A DNA stretch of 63,740 nucleotides, filler included, from Octopus bimaculoides (lineage: Eukaryota), in the NCBI RefSeq assembly GCF_001194135.2. It is 4 parts of 4 records of this genome, joined end to end, with 100 filler letters (N's around TTAATTAATTAA, not from the genome) between each part and the next. Parts side by side here need not be neighbours in the genome. Positions count along the whole stretch, not along the records: positions 33,485 to 62,486 come from NC_068988.1; 3 more parts are not named here. One strand, given 5' to 3'. The position numbers were made by a program, and so were the translations under genes. Under the pieces are notes generated by a model that was given only the letters and a program-made list of their open reading frames with translations, searched no databases and was not told where the DNA came from. Positions 50,554 through 62,400 of this stretch are shown here, piece after piece (positions within the stretch are counted from its first letter, which is position 1; every line of letters starts with the position of its first letter).

Positions 50554-53500
50554 NNNNNNNNNNNNNNNNNNNNNNNNNNNNNNNNNNNNNNNNNNNAGCT
50601 GTTTTAATATTAATGTGTTTAGTGATATAGAAATTTGTAACTATCATAATATTGATGCCTATACTGAAAGATGTAGTGGCTTTTTATCTGAAGTTTTGTT
50701 ACCTGCCTGGCTAGGAGACTAAGATAACTGATTTAACACCTTCGCTTGTTTTGGCTTAAATTACCAAAGCATCTAAGCAGGGTATTGTAGTTGCTCATCT
50801 TTGTGTTTGCAAAATTACTGGAAAATGGCTGAATGGATTTTCACCAAATTTGGCAGAAATACACATTGGATGACTGGCTGAATTTTGGTTTGATAATAAT
50901 TATCTTTGAAATTGATGGACGGGTGAATCAAAATTTTGTTCCATAGCCATACACAGGCAGAGAAAATAACTCTTAATGTCATTTTGTTGAAATGAATTCG
51001 TCTGAGAATATACGAATCAAGTATCCGAACTGTTGCTATAGTAACGAGGCTAAAGCATGCAGATTGAAGCTGCTTGGCATAGATTGACCATGAATTGTGC
51101 TGTGCATTCGCACTAAGTTTTAACGTTCTAGCTCACATCCACTGTTTACAGCAGTGCTTGGAAGGAAGGTGTGTAGCATGTGATAGTTACATTGACCATG
51201 AAAGAGAAAGTTGAGCAGAGAATGTGCATTAAATTTTGCCAAAAGCTTGGTGATGCAAAGTTCTCAAAAAGTTCTCATTGTTCTTGACACAATCAAAGAG
51301 ATCTTGTGCAACTGAAACCCGAGTGTCTTTTTGGTCAACTGAAAGCAGTTTTGGCATAAACTTGGCAGACACACATCTCACCCAAATCTTCAGTGATAAT
51401 GGACTGAACTGAGTCATAACTAGTCTGCACATCCTCTGATAACTCATGGATGGTGATTCGATGATTTCTCCTCACATCTGCTATGTTTTTCTCAGTTCTG
51501 CTGGTTGCGGGTCCCCCAGAATGTTCATCAATATCAACATTTTTTGGGGCATCTTGGAAACGTCTGAACCATCAAGCTTATACACTCCTCTCTATACATT
51601 TTTTACAACTTTGCATATGCTTCTGAGCAGGTATCGCCATGACAACTTTATCTGTCATGGTCAATGTGACAATCGCATGCTACACACCTTCCTTCCAAGC
51701 ATTGTTGTAGAACGTTAAAACTTAGTGCATATACACAGCAGGGTTCAAAGTCAATCTGTGCCAAACAACTTTACTCTGCATGCTGTAGCTTCATTACTAT
51801 GGCAGGAGTCCAGATACTTGTTGATCAGACTTCGTATTTATGCAAGGTATGCATCACCCTTCCAATACCTTTATTTTTAATTTTTATACTATTTTCTTTA
51901 AATATTCAGGTTGCTCTGTGGTAAAATGGAGTTTTATGACAAGTCTTATGATCGTGTGACTACCAAAAATGAGCGGCCTTTGAAACGGATCAATCGTATT
52001 TTCCATAAAGTTACTACAACTGATGATCCTATTATCAGACAGGTAAATAGAGAGAGACAAGTTGTGTTCTACTTCTTGTAAATTGACATCATGATTTTCA
52101 CCATCATCACTGGTATTAGTAGTCATTACAATTTATTACATTAACCATTTTTGATATCGCCCCACATAAGACTAACTCTTGTTCTCTGATTCATCTTTGA
52201 AAGTCTTCTTTTGTAATTTTATGTAAGAATGTCTTGTTAGATTGTAAATACCTTTATATACAAGTTATTTTACTAAATGCAACCAAATTTTTGATTATTT
52301 TCAAAATGAAGAGAAAACTTTATGCTATGTATTTCATCTATTCTGTTCTCATGCTGTGAGTACAGTGGAAGCTTCTTAGCAGTAACATGTTTCTTCTTCT
52401 CTCAAACTCAAACTTTCTCAGGTTCTGTGTTGTGCATTGTTGATGTCTGTATAACAAGAGTTAACTTTTATAGGTGACTATACATTTCTCGACTCATCAT
52501 ATAGAAATGTTCCATCAGAGCAAACACCTAGACACTCTTTGTGATGTTAGGAAGACTAAGGTAGCAAGGTGTCATCTTGACAGTAATCTCCTGTCATCAG
52601 GGATGATGTATTTATATGAAGATTTGTATTATATATTTAAAATGATGTTGCACACTATTATCTGCATTGTTGATAAGAGGATGAATATATCTAGACATGT
52701 ATATTGTTTTGTGGCAGAAGGTGATCTTAATCACTTTTGTTGAAGCTTTGCAAATACTTTGTCATATTTAAGCACTGCTGCTGTTGTCATCACCATACAT
52801 CATCTTCGTCTTTATTATCTGTAATAAGTATCATGATTGAATAACCTGATAATTAAAAAAATGATATGAAATGAAAGCATTTCAGTAATCTTAATTAAGT
52901 TGTTAAATTTTTGTTAACCATTCTTGTAATTCCTGTTTATTTCTGTTAACCATTCTGTTAATAGCAGTTAGTATCGAAATCATTGATCACACTCTTGTCA
53001 CCTGATCATTGATTTCAATGGTCAGCTCTTATATGCTGGTCAGTCTTATCCATTTGTTTATATAATGTGGTGTGTATGTGTATTTTCTGTTGTATATGGC
53101 CATCATTATCATTTAATGTCTACTTTCCACACTGGCATGAGTTAGATGGTTTGACTGGAACTGGTAAGCTGGAGAGCTGCACTAGGTTCCAGTCTGATTT
53201 AGCACGGTTTCTATGGCTGGATGCCCTTCCTAATGCCAACCACTTCAGGAGTGTAATGAGTGCTTTTTATGTGACACTGGCATTGACCACAATTACGATT
53301 TCACTTAGCTTTACGAGTTTTCTCAAACACAGCATATCACCAAAAGTGTCAGTCACTTATTGCCTCCTTGGGGCCCAACATTTGAGGATCATGCTTCACT
53401 ACCTTGTCCTATGTCTTCTTAGGTCTACCTCTTTCACAAGTGCCCTCCACATGTCCTTGTCCATATGCTTCACATGGCAATACCAACACAGTTGTCTCTC

Positions 53501-56500
53501 TTGCATACAACATCTGATGTGCCCAGTTTTTCTCTTGAGATGCTTACACTGTTGTACATGCGCACCGACACTGCATGTCCAGTGAAGTATACTAGCTTCA
53601 TTTCTTTCAAGTCTTTGCATGTCCTCTGTGGTTACAGCCTACATTTCATTGCCATGTAGCATGGTTGTTTGCACACAAGCATCATGCAATCTACTTTTCA
53701 CTCTGAGAGAGAGGCCCTTAGTTACCAACAAAAGTAGAAGCTCTTTAAACTTTCCCCAGCCTATTCTTATTCTAGCAGCTATGCTCTCAGAGCATCGACC
53801 TCTGCTGCTGACTTGGTTACCTAGGTAATGGAAGCTATCAACTACTAGTTTTCCCCTCTGGCATTTGATGGAGTCTATTTTCTTCACATTTCTTGTGTTT
53901 ATTGTACCTGTACATCTGCCACACAGACTTTTTACCTTGTTAACCTTCCTCTGATATTGCTGCACCTCCTATGTGGGTATATCTTACACTGGGTATATCT
54001 TATGGAGTTTCTACCTATGCCTTTTCTACAGATTGAGCAGGGCCATCTACCTGAAGGGATTTGTGATTTGTCCACTTTCCTACTTACTAAGACTGGTTTT
54101 TGCTAAATTAACTCTAAGCCTCTTTGTTTCTAGACCTTGCTTCTCTACACATGAAATTTCTTCTGGTTCTGGTAGTGATTCAGCTACATGAACAAAGTCA
54201 CCAGCATAGAGGAGCTCTCGTGTGCAGCCCAACTTAAATTCCTCTGTTATTGTCTGGAGGACTTTGATGAATAGGAGGGGGCTGAAGATTGATCCTTGGT
54301 GAACCCCAGTGTGTACCCTGAATTCATTGCTATACTTGTTGCTAACCCTCACCTTACTGATAGCCTCCCTGTCAAGTAAAAGCATCCAGCACACTCTAAA
54401 GTGGTTGGCATTAGGAAGGGCATCCAATCATAGAAACTGTGCCAAATCAGACGGGACTTTGGTATATATATATATATATATACATACACACACACACACA
54501 CACACACACACCACCATCATCATCCTCACCAACAACAACAACGTTTAATGTCTGTCTTCTATGCTGGCATGGGTTGGATGGTTTGACAGGAGCTAGCCAG
54601 GTAGAAGACTGCACCAGACTTCTGTGTCTGTTTTGGCAAGGGTTTTATGGCTGGATGTCCTTCCTTATGCCAACTACCCAGCAGAGTGTGTGTATGTGTG
54701 TGTGTATATATATATATATATGCCTATATTGATGTATGTGTACGCACATCTCTGTCTGTCTGTATGTATACATGCATATGCACACACATTATGTGGACGA
54801 TATTTTCAATCAATAAGTACAACTGTATCTGATTCTTCAAGCGCTTCAATTTATTTACTAGATTGCTGACATTTAACATTGGTTTCTCCCATTCTGTTGA
54901 TTCACCATTTTCTATCATTAATAAAACTATAGACATTTTTGATGACACTGGCATGCTAATGTATATATAAAATATGTTGAGATCTTTGTGACTTCTAGAT
55001 TTTAAAATTTGATATATTTCATTTATCAGCTTGCCAAGAATCAGGGTAATGTTTTTGCTACTGATTCAATCCTGGCCACCCTTATGTGTAGTACTCGTTC
55101 CACCTACAGCTGGGACATCATTGTGCAGCGTGTTGGGAATAAGTTGTTCTTTGACAAGAGAGATGAATCTGAGTTTGACCTGTTGACTGTTAGTGAAACA
55201 GCCAATGAACCACCTCAAGAAGAAGGTGCCAGCAGCATTAATTTCCCTCACAATCTGGCCCTGGAGGCTACTTTCATCAATCACAACTTTTCTCAGCAAG
55301 TTCTGAAAATGGTAAGATTTCTTTTGATATATTAAAAGCTTTGTGTTTTCTTTTACTTTTTTTTTTTTTCAATGGCATTTTATTGATGTTAGGTGTCTGC
55401 CTCTTCTACTGCTAGTTCCTGGAAGTATTATCAACTTGGCTGACTGATGCAGATAAGGTTAAAAAAGATACTCTATGTAGTCAACCTGGTTTTAATTGTG
55501 GTAAATGTCTTGTATTATACTGTTATTGTTTCACTCAGTAGATAATCCTTGAATTGGTACCAGTAGTATATATAAATATATATTTTATGAATAAATATTT
55601 TGGTTACTTGATATGGTAGACATTTTATACTTTAGATCTATATTACCTACATGTAATCAATGTAGGGGTTATTTTAAGAAATGTAGCTCAATTAAAGGAG
55701 AGTATTATTTCCAAAAGTGTTTCAGAAGCCAATCCTAAGTCCCAATTTTAGGTGACGTCACATTGCTCTCCATAAAAGTCCAAGCTTAACCCTTTAGCAT
55801 TCAAACTGGTTTGAGATAACGGCTTGAATATTGTGGGACATTGGTCAACCTGAGGCTACAGAAAGGTCTAATATAATGTTCCATGTAGTATAAGATTGAA
55901 CCCTGAACTATTTGGTTGCAAAGAAAATTTCTGAACTCCCATATCTTTATCTAGAAATTATGTGATGCTGGCAGTGGGTATAAACTGATTTAGTAGTTTA
56001 TCATCATCATTTAATCTCTGTTGTCCATGCTGGCATGAGTTGGGCAGTTTGACCAGGGCTGGAAGGCTGCACCAGACTCTGATTTAGCATGGTTTCTAGG
56101 TTGGATGCTCTCCCTAACACCAACCACTCTGAGAATGTAACGAGTGCTTATATGTGCCACTGGCGTGACATCAGTGTCTACCACAACTGCAATTTTAATT
56201 GGCTTCATGGTCTTTTTCTCAAGCACGACATAATGCTAAGGTCTTGGTCATTTGTCTTCGCCTCTGTGAGGCTTAATGCTTGAAAAGTGCTTTTTCCATG
56301 TCAGCTACATGACACTAGCATTGGCCACGACTATGATTTTACTTGGCTTCACTGGTCTTCTCAAGTACAGCATATCACCAAAGGTCTCAGTTACTAGTCA
56401 TTGCCTCTGTGAGGCCTAAAGTTTGAAGATCATGCTTCACCACCTCATCCCATGTCTTCCTGGGTCTACCTCTACCACAGGTTTCCTCCATAGTTAGAGA

Positions 56501-59500
56501 TCGGCACTTTACACAGCTGTCCTCATCTATGCGCATCATGTGACTATACCTGCACAACCACATCCGATGCCTCTTATGCCCAACTTTTTACTCGAGATGC
56601 TTCATTCTGTCATACATGGACACTGACATTGCACATCCAGTGAAGCACACTGGCTTCTTTTCTTTCAAGTCTACACATGTCCGGCTGTCACAGCTTATGT
56701 TTCACTGTTGTGTAGCATAGCTGTTCGCACACAGGTATCATACAATCTGCCTTTCACCCTGAGAGAGAGGCCCTTTGTTGCCAGCAGAGGTACGAGGTCT
56801 CTGAACTTTACCCAGCATATTTTTATTCTCACAGCTATGCTCTCAGCGCATCCACCTCTGCTACTAACTTAGTCACCAAGATAACGGAAGCTATCTACTA
56901 CCTCTAGCTTACCCTCCTGGAAGTTGATGAAGTTCATTTTCAGTGTTTATTGTACCTGTGAATCTTCCACACACAAAAGCTATTTTCCCTGTTAACATTC
57001 CCCTGATATTGTTGCACCTCTTATACTGTCCATAGCTTACACCAGGTATATCTTATGGGGTTTCTACTTTAAGGGATTTGTAATTTATCTACCCTCCTAC
57101 TTATTGAAACTTTGGTTTTTGCTAGATTAATTTTAAGGCCCTTTGTATCTAGACCTTGCTTCCGTACCTGAAACTTCTCTAGTTCTGGTTGTGATTCAGC
57201 TATAAAAACAAGGTCATCAGCATAGAGTAGCTCCCAAGGGCAGCCTCTCTTAGATTCCTCTGTTATTGCCTGGAGGACTATGATGAACAAAAGGGAGCTG
57301 AGGACCAATCCTTGGTGAACCCCAACTTGTACTCTGAATTCTTTGCCAATCCTTACCTTACTGATAGTGTCCCTGTACATGGCTTGTACAGCTTTTTGAC
57401 AAGTGAATATTAATTACTGAATGTTAACAACTGAATTGAATGAGTGTACAACATTTATTTCTGTATTATTTCTATGTGTTCTTGCTGTGTTGACCTTTAA
57501 CTATCTAGTTCTGTGTAGCTACCTTTCCTTCATGCATTAATCAGTATCGTTGATGTTCAAATGTTTTTCACTACTCATTCTCATCAGATTTCATGTATTC
57601 CATATTTATTACTCCACTCTTACTACATAGTGTTATATTCCCTATAATTCTCAATTATTTTGTGTGTATGTATATACATACCTACATACATATATATATA
57701 TATATATATATAAATAAAATTGATGTTTCCTTAACAAATTATTTGCGTGTGTGTGTGTGTGTGTGTGTATACAGTTAAAGCTTCATCAATATTGTTTAGC
57801 TTTTATTGAGTTTGTAGAAAATATTTATTTCAACTTATAGAGATGGAAATTGTGGAGGCACAATGGCCCAGTGGTTAGGGCAGCGGACTCGCGGTCATAG
57901 GATTGTGGTTTCGATTCCCAGACCGGGCGTTGGGAGTGTTTATTGAGCGAAAACACCTAAAGCTCCACGAGGCTCTGGCAGGAGATGATGGTGAACTCTG
58001 CTGTACACTTTCACCACAACTTTCTCTCACTCTTTCTTCCTGTTCCTGTTGTGCCTGTAGTTCAAAGGGTGAGCCTTGTCACACTGTGTCACGCTGAATA
58101 TCCCTGAGAACTACATTAAGGGCACATGTATCTGTGGAGTGCTCAGCCACTTGCACGTTAATTTCACGAGCAGACTGTTCCGTTGATCGGATCAACTAGA
58201 ACCCTCGATATCGTAAGCGACGGTGTGCCAACAACAACAAGATGGAATACAGAATATATTGGTAGGGAATTTATGCTGTAATAAACACAGAATGAGAATA
58301 TTTACTCTCTCTACTTGCCACTAGCAAGTTTAACCATGATAAATTCTGAGCAGCAAGATAAAATTTTTGACACAAATGGGCTTCAATTTTGGTGTTGATA
58401 AATGTTAGCTAAATATAAATGTTATATTTATATGTGCATGCATTCATGAGTAAGGAATATGCCTACATATGTAGTGTGACATCTGTCTGGTTGCAAAAGT
58501 CACTGCTGTCTATCATGGTTGTCTGACTATTACTTCATAGCCATTAGCTACTCACTAATCACTGATTAGTTGAGAATTCAATTTAATTTGTTTGTAGGCA
58601 TAACTCATAAAATGGTGTTCAACCTGTTTCAGGAGAGATTTAACCAAACTGAAAAGTTTCAATCCTTATTCTGGTAGTTCTCAACAAAACATTTTGTCAC
58701 AGTTGAATGTTTATTTTTGTATATCTCCAGGATGACAATAAATTCATCAGACTAGTTACTTTAATTTGGTTGGTAGACTGCTAGATTACCTCATTGTTAC
58801 CTCATTTTATATATATGTGATTACGCGAAGGCACATGACTCAGTGGTTAGAGCGTTGAGCTTAGGATCGTGAGGTTGTGAGTTCGATTCCTGGACCGGGC
58901 TGGATGTTGTGTTCTTGAGCAAGACACTTTATTTCATGTTGCTCCAGTTAACTCAGCTGTAGAAATGAGTTGCAGCATCACTGGTGCCAAGCTGTATCGG
59001 CCTTTTCCTTTTCCTTGGATAACATCAGCGGTGTGGAGAGGGGAGGCTGGTATGCGTGGGCGATTGCTGGCCTTCCATAAACAACCTTGCCGGGACTTGT
59101 TCCTCGGAGGGTAACTTTCTAGGTGCAATCCCATGGTCGTTCATGACTGAAGGGGGTCTCCTCTCTTCATATTTGATTAATTTGTTCTTTTGGAATATTT
59201 ATTCTGTGTATGACTTATTTTGTATTGATAATATTGAAACAATGTGCAGGTCGGTAATTTTGTATTAATTTTATTTTAGGGAGATGAAAAGTATGAGTTT
59301 GACAAGCCAAACCCATTTGCTGGTGAAGATGATGATAGTGTGGTAGCATCTGTTGGCTATCGGTAAGTAATCAAGATATATGAATGGCAACAGTTATTTG
59401 AAACTATGAATGATTTTATCTTTTCTACTTGTATCTATTTTGATTAATCATTCAATAATATTTTAACAGTTGCTGTTATTGTTATGTCAGTCAGTTCACA

Positions 59501-62004
59501 GCAAATCTAATGTGGCGGGAATCATTTACTGACTTAGAGGCTATAAACATCACCAACCCATTATTTCTATTTAAAACTAAAAAGCAGTGAATGATGTAGA
59601 AGGAAGTAGACATGTTATATCATCCTGGCCAGTACATGATGTTGAGTGTTTGAAGTAAACAGGTGTAGAAGATTGCATCTTGGTGGACTTATCTAGTCCA
59701 TGGATATAAAACATAGTAATGACGATATAGTTGTTGCTGTGATGCTAATTCAGTTATAACTAGAGTATATTAGATGACAATTTGCCTGAAGTCTAAATGA
59801 TGATGAAGTAGTTGAATTATATTAGGTAACCTATATAAAGTAACTAGCTTGGTAATGAAGAATTAATAATATAGGTGAGACATGTGTCCTACCTTCTCAC
59901 TTTTATATTGCTCATGTTATTAACATGAGTTATATATACTCAATTGTTAACTGAATTCTTGATTACTTAACTGTAACTAAACTTTTTTAAAGTTCCATCA
60001 GTCTTTGTATAATGTGTTATATGTATTACACTCTTCTTGATTCCATTTAACACAACCTAGTTTACCATTATTTCTACTTGACCACTGATTGTGGAGGGAA
60101 CCTGTGGAATGGGTAGACCCAAGAAGACATGGGATGAAGTGGTGAGAAAAGATCTTCAGTTGTTGGGCCTCACTGAGGAGATGACAAGGAACCATGAAAT
60201 GTGGTGATCTGCTGTACTTGAGAAGACATGTCAAGCTAAGTAAAATCGCGGCCCTCCATGCATACAGGAATGTCCATTATGGCCATACCCTGACACCGTC
60301 TCCCAGCTGATAAATCTTTGTCTTGCCAGTGTTATGTAAATGCATCTATGCCAGTGGCACATAAAATACACCCAGCACATTTGGTAAAGTGGTTAGCATT
60401 AGGAAGGGCATCCAACTATAAGTCATGCCAAAACAGACAATTGGAATCTCAACAGCTCTCCAGCTGGCCAGCTTCTGTCAAGCTGTCCAATCCATGCTTG
60501 CAAGGAAAATGGATGTTAAACGATGAAGATGAAAACACTGGTCAAGGTGTGGTAAGAGGGTTGCTTCCCAACCTCATGGTTCCAGGTTCAGCCCCACTGC
60601 ATGGCACCTTGAGCATATTTTCTGCTATAGCTTTGTGAGTGGATTTGGTAGAGGGAAACTCAAAGAAGCCTATTGTGCATGTATGTGTTTGTAAGTTCCT
60701 CCACCACCACTTGACAGCCGGTGTTGGTGTGTTTGCATCCCCATAACTTAGCGGTTCAGCGAAGGAAACCAAAAGAATAAGTACCAGACTTAAAAAAGAA
60801 ATACTAGGGCTGATTCATTCATTCAACTAAAAAAAAAAAAATTCAAGGCTGTGCCTCAGCATGGCTATAGTCTAATGACTGAAACAGGTAAAAGTAAAAA
60901 ATATATGAAGATGTCTTATTACAGTGTTTAGATTTCTTTCTCTATGTTCTTTTAGGGTGAATGAAATGTGTAAAAATCATGTGCTGGGATGGATTTGATT
61001 GATTATTATTCTCCTCAGAGAACTCATTAACAGCAATAGTGTGTATAACAACCCCAATAAAATATTTTGTTTTTGTTTCCAGGTACCGCAAATATAACCT
61101 GGGTAATGATATTGAACTCATTGTACGCTGTGAGCATGATGCAGTCATGTATGGACCGAATGGTGATTTACAATTCATTAACATCAAGACTTTGAACGAG
61201 TGGGACTCCAGGGTAAATTTATTTCAGTTATAGCTAGATGTTCTTCCATATTGTTTTTAAAAACTTTCCATGAATATTTATGGCTGAATATATTTTTGTT
61301 AGCCAACCAATCACATTTAAACAAACATCATTCTGTACATTGCACAGGAACAAACTATTGACTAAAGCATGATTTGAACTCATGTACTCAGATATTGTGT
61401 TGGTGTTATCATTATCATCATTTTAACATCACTTTTCCATACTGACATGGACAAGATAGTTTATTGACGTGGATTTTTTATGGTCAGATGCCTTTTCTGT
61501 CATGAACCCTCACTTATTTTCAAGCAAAGTAATATTTTTCAAAGGCCAAACATGCCTCTGCAGAATATTGGAAATGAATGACATTCATTTACAACAATCA
61601 TGTGATGTCAAACCAAGGAGACACAAACATACACACACTCACACATGATGGGCTTTTTTTAAATTTTTCTCTACTAAAGCCACTTAAAGCTTTGGTTGGG
61701 CTGGGGATTTAATAGAAGACACTTGCTTAGGTGCCACTCAATGGGACTGAATCGGAAACCATGTGGTTGGGAAGTGAATTTCTTAACCATACAGCCATGC
61801 CTGCAACTTGTGCGTATGTGATATATTTGTATGTGTAATATTATTTATGTTAATATTTCAGTACAGTGGTGGTGTTGACTGGCGTAGTAAACTAGACATC
61901 CAAAGAGGTGCAGTGTTGGCCACTGAACTGAAGAACAACAGCTGTAAACTGTCTAAGTGGACCATCTGTTCATTGTTATCTGGAAGTGATCAAATTAAAT
62001 TTGG
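33725..62004 (+). CDS. EIF3D: Eukaryotic translation initiation factor 3 subunit D, 11 coding exons, 3'-partial (continues past window)
   Basis: Exons 33725-33847, 37061-37106, 39252-39391, 43195-43283, 43825-43894, 48410-48531, 51910-52042, 55030-55311, 59280-59362, 61083-61212, 61862-62004 splice GT-AG in one open frame (1361 nt). Hallmark eIF3d motifs: [63 protein letters not shown]. The terminal YVSR-onward exon(s) were not found in the window. Confidence 0.98.
34235..34293 (-). CDS. Candidate first coding exon of the minus-strand gene ([20 protein letters not shown]), inside eIF3d intron 1
   Basis: ATG follows an in-frame stop; donor GCG|gtaaga; phase-2 end fits the phase-2 start at 11954; CpG-rich context with an ETS motif (ACGGAAGTG at 34568). 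Confidence 0.35.
35261..35287 (+). ncRNA. Minimal hammerhead-ribozyme-like motif at the end of a PLE-type fragment
   Basis: CTGACGA-A-GAGC-TCC-GCTC-GAAA-CGTT: conserved core, 4-bp helix II, palindromic ACGT helix III; helix I appears mismatched. Confidence 0.5.
35402..35550. mobile_element. Hairpin MITE
   Basis: aatattcaagggaagtaactgaacgtcttaccagtat ... atactggtaagtcgttcagttatttcccttgaatatt; inner ctgtttataaataaatcacac / gtgtgatttatttataaacag. Confidence 0.85.
35923..36490 (+). mobile_element. Merlin (ISXO2/IS1016-like) deletion derivative A
   Basis: ~130-bp CpG-rich TIRs starting GGTACTA; internal [61 protein letters not shown]. Confidence 0.88.
36488..36866 (+). mobile_element. Merlin deletion derivative B (transposase C-terminus)
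   Basis: Partial left TIR, then [33 protein letters not shown] (36546-36647), then right TIR. Confidence 0.85.
37061..37106 (+). CDS. EIF3D: eIF3d coding exon 2
   Basis: attag|[15 protein letters not shown](G)|gtatgt; 46 nt. Confidence 0.96.
37304..37461. mobile_element. Merlin-related palindromic MITE with CCCTAA/TTAGGG subrepeats, in a (TA)n tract
   Basis: ccgcgctagctagtcttgagtggtcgatcctaaccctaacc ... ggttagggttaggatcgaccactcacgactagctagcgcgg; ends TAGTACC; left end lies in a gap. Confidence 0.8.
37534..37657. mobile_element. hAT (Charlie-type) MITE remnant
   Basis: 8-bp TSD ttctaaac on both sides; right terminus ggttgggaaccactg. Confidence 0.8.
39252..39391 (+). CDS. EIF3D: eIF3d coding exon 3
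   Basis: [46 protein letters not shown]; atag|...|gtgcgg; 140 nt. Confidence 0.96.
40170..41310 (+). mobile_element. 5'-truncated RTE LINE with internal deletion
   Basis: [54 protein letters not shown], then a jump to 3' UTR subrepeats and tail. Confidence 0.9.
42964..43177 (+). mobile_element. SINE flanked by 17-bp direct repeats that include the eIF3d exon 4 acceptor
   Basis: attattattacttgtag at 42947-42963 and at 43178-43194. Confidence 0.8.
43195..43283 (+). CDS. EIF3D: eIF3d coding exon 4
   Basis: [29 protein letters not shown](R); gtag|...|gtaaga; 89 nt. Confidence 0.93.
43825..43894 (+). CDS. EIF3D: eIF3d coding exon 5
   Basis: [23 protein letters not shown]; ttgtag|...|gtaagc; 70 nt. 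Confidence 0.94.
44330..44760 (-). mobile_element. Degraded PIF/Harbinger-ISL2EU-like transposase remnant
   Basis: MVDKDFEM (cf. MADKGF) and RMIGY*TFCK (cf. ERxIGxLKxF); heavily mutated. Confidence 0.45.
45228..46435 (-). mobile_element. Second maT-type Tc1/mariner remnant
   Basis: [43 protein letters not shown]; degenerate ggtgtccagctaagtttgata TIR. Confidence 0.8.
46625..47513 (-). mobile_element. Tigger/pogo-type deletion derivative
   Basis: TIRs cagtaatgccttgatatacaag / cttgtaatgtgaggtattattg; [12 protein letters not shown]...[24 protein letters not shown] (Tigger C-terminus). Confidence 0.78.
48410..48531 (+). CDS. EIF3D: eIF3d coding exon 6
   Basis: [40 protein letters not shown](L); tttcag|...|gtgagt; 122 nt. 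Confidence 0.96.
48740..50150 (+). mobile_element. Old degraded RTE LINE (RT)
   Basis: [43 protein letters not shown]. Confidence 0.85.
51013..51834. mobile_element. Mariner derivative built from two facing 5' ends (~200-bp inverted arms)
   Basis: Left arm (+) ends in [19 protein letters not shown]; right arm (-) carries the same leader plus ..[15 protein letters not shown]; TA at both ends. Confidence 0.82.
51910..52042 (+). CDS. EIF3D: eIF3d coding exon 7
   Basis: [44 protein letters not shown]; ttcag|...|gtaaat; 133 nt. Confidence 0.97.
53100..54370 (-). mobile_element. 5'-truncated RTE LINE
   Basis: [30 protein letters not shown] through the RT C-terminus to the 3' tail. Confidence 0.88.
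55030..55311 (+). CDS. EIF3D: eIF3d coding exon 8 (cap-binding domain core)
   Basis: [45 protein letters not shown]...[16 protein letters not shown]; atcag|...|gtaaga; 282 nt. Confidence 0.98.
56000..57390 (-). mobile_element. 5'-truncated RTE LINE
   Basis: [39 protein letters not shown] through to the 3' tail. Confidence 0.9.
57854..58240 (+). mobile_element. Full-length tRNA-derived SINE
   Basis: Same family as 12916-13297. Confidence 0.85.
58827..59160 (+). mobile_element. CORE-like tRNA-derived SINE
   Basis: Reverse complement of the 11425-11762 family. Confidence 0.82.
59280..59362 (+). CDS. EIF3D: eIF3d coding exon 9
   Basis: [27 protein letters not shown](R); ttttag|...|gtaagt; 83 nt. 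Confidence 0.96.
60540..60900 (+). mobile_element. Microsatellite-type SINE in eIF3d intron 9
   Basis: gtgtggtaagagggttgcttccc...gactgaaacaggtaaaag. Confidence 0.85.
61083..61212 (+). CDS. EIF3D: eIF3d coding exon 10
   Basis: [43 protein letters not shown]; ttccag|...|gtaaat; 130 nt. Confidence 0.98.
61610..61800 (-). mobile_element. SINE 5' half in eIF3d intron 10
   Basis: tagaagacacttgcttaggtgccactcaatgggactgaatc..accatacagcc. Confidence 0.8.
61862..62004 (+). CDS. EIF3D: eIF3d coding exon 11
   Basis: [47 protein letters not shown](G); tttcag|...|gtaagt; 143 nt. Confidence 0.98.
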
Positions 62005-62044
62005 GTAAGTGGAATGATTATTAACAGATATGGGGCTGATATAC

Positions 62045-62400
62045 TGTTTTACTTGTTTCAGTCATTTGACTGTGGCCATGCTGGAGCACCATCTTTAGTT
62101 GAGCAAATCGACCCCAGGACTTATTCTATCCGTTTCTTTTTGCTGAACCCCTAAGTTATGGGGACATAAACACACCAGCATCGGTTGTCAAGCGATGTTG
62201 GGGGGACAAACACACACACACACACATACATATATACGACGGGCTTCTTTCAGTTTCCATCTACTAAATTCACTCACAAGGCTTTGGTAGGTCTGAGGCT
62301 ATAGTAGAAGACACTTACCCAAGGTGCCACGCAGTGGGGCTGAACCCAGAACCATGTGGTTGGTAAGCAAGCTACTTACCACACAGCTGCTCCTGCGCAT
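62045..62400 (-). mobile_element. Full-length SINE in eIF3d intron 11
   Basis: ttttacttgtttcagtcatttgac...cttaccacacagctgctcct. Confidence 0.88.

Noticed and set aside
38690-59830. Intronic box C/D snoRNAs, common in translation-factor genes
   Set aside because: TGATGA matches seen (e.g. ~41655, ~59795) lack a suitably placed CTGA and terminal stem; a covariance-model search would be needed
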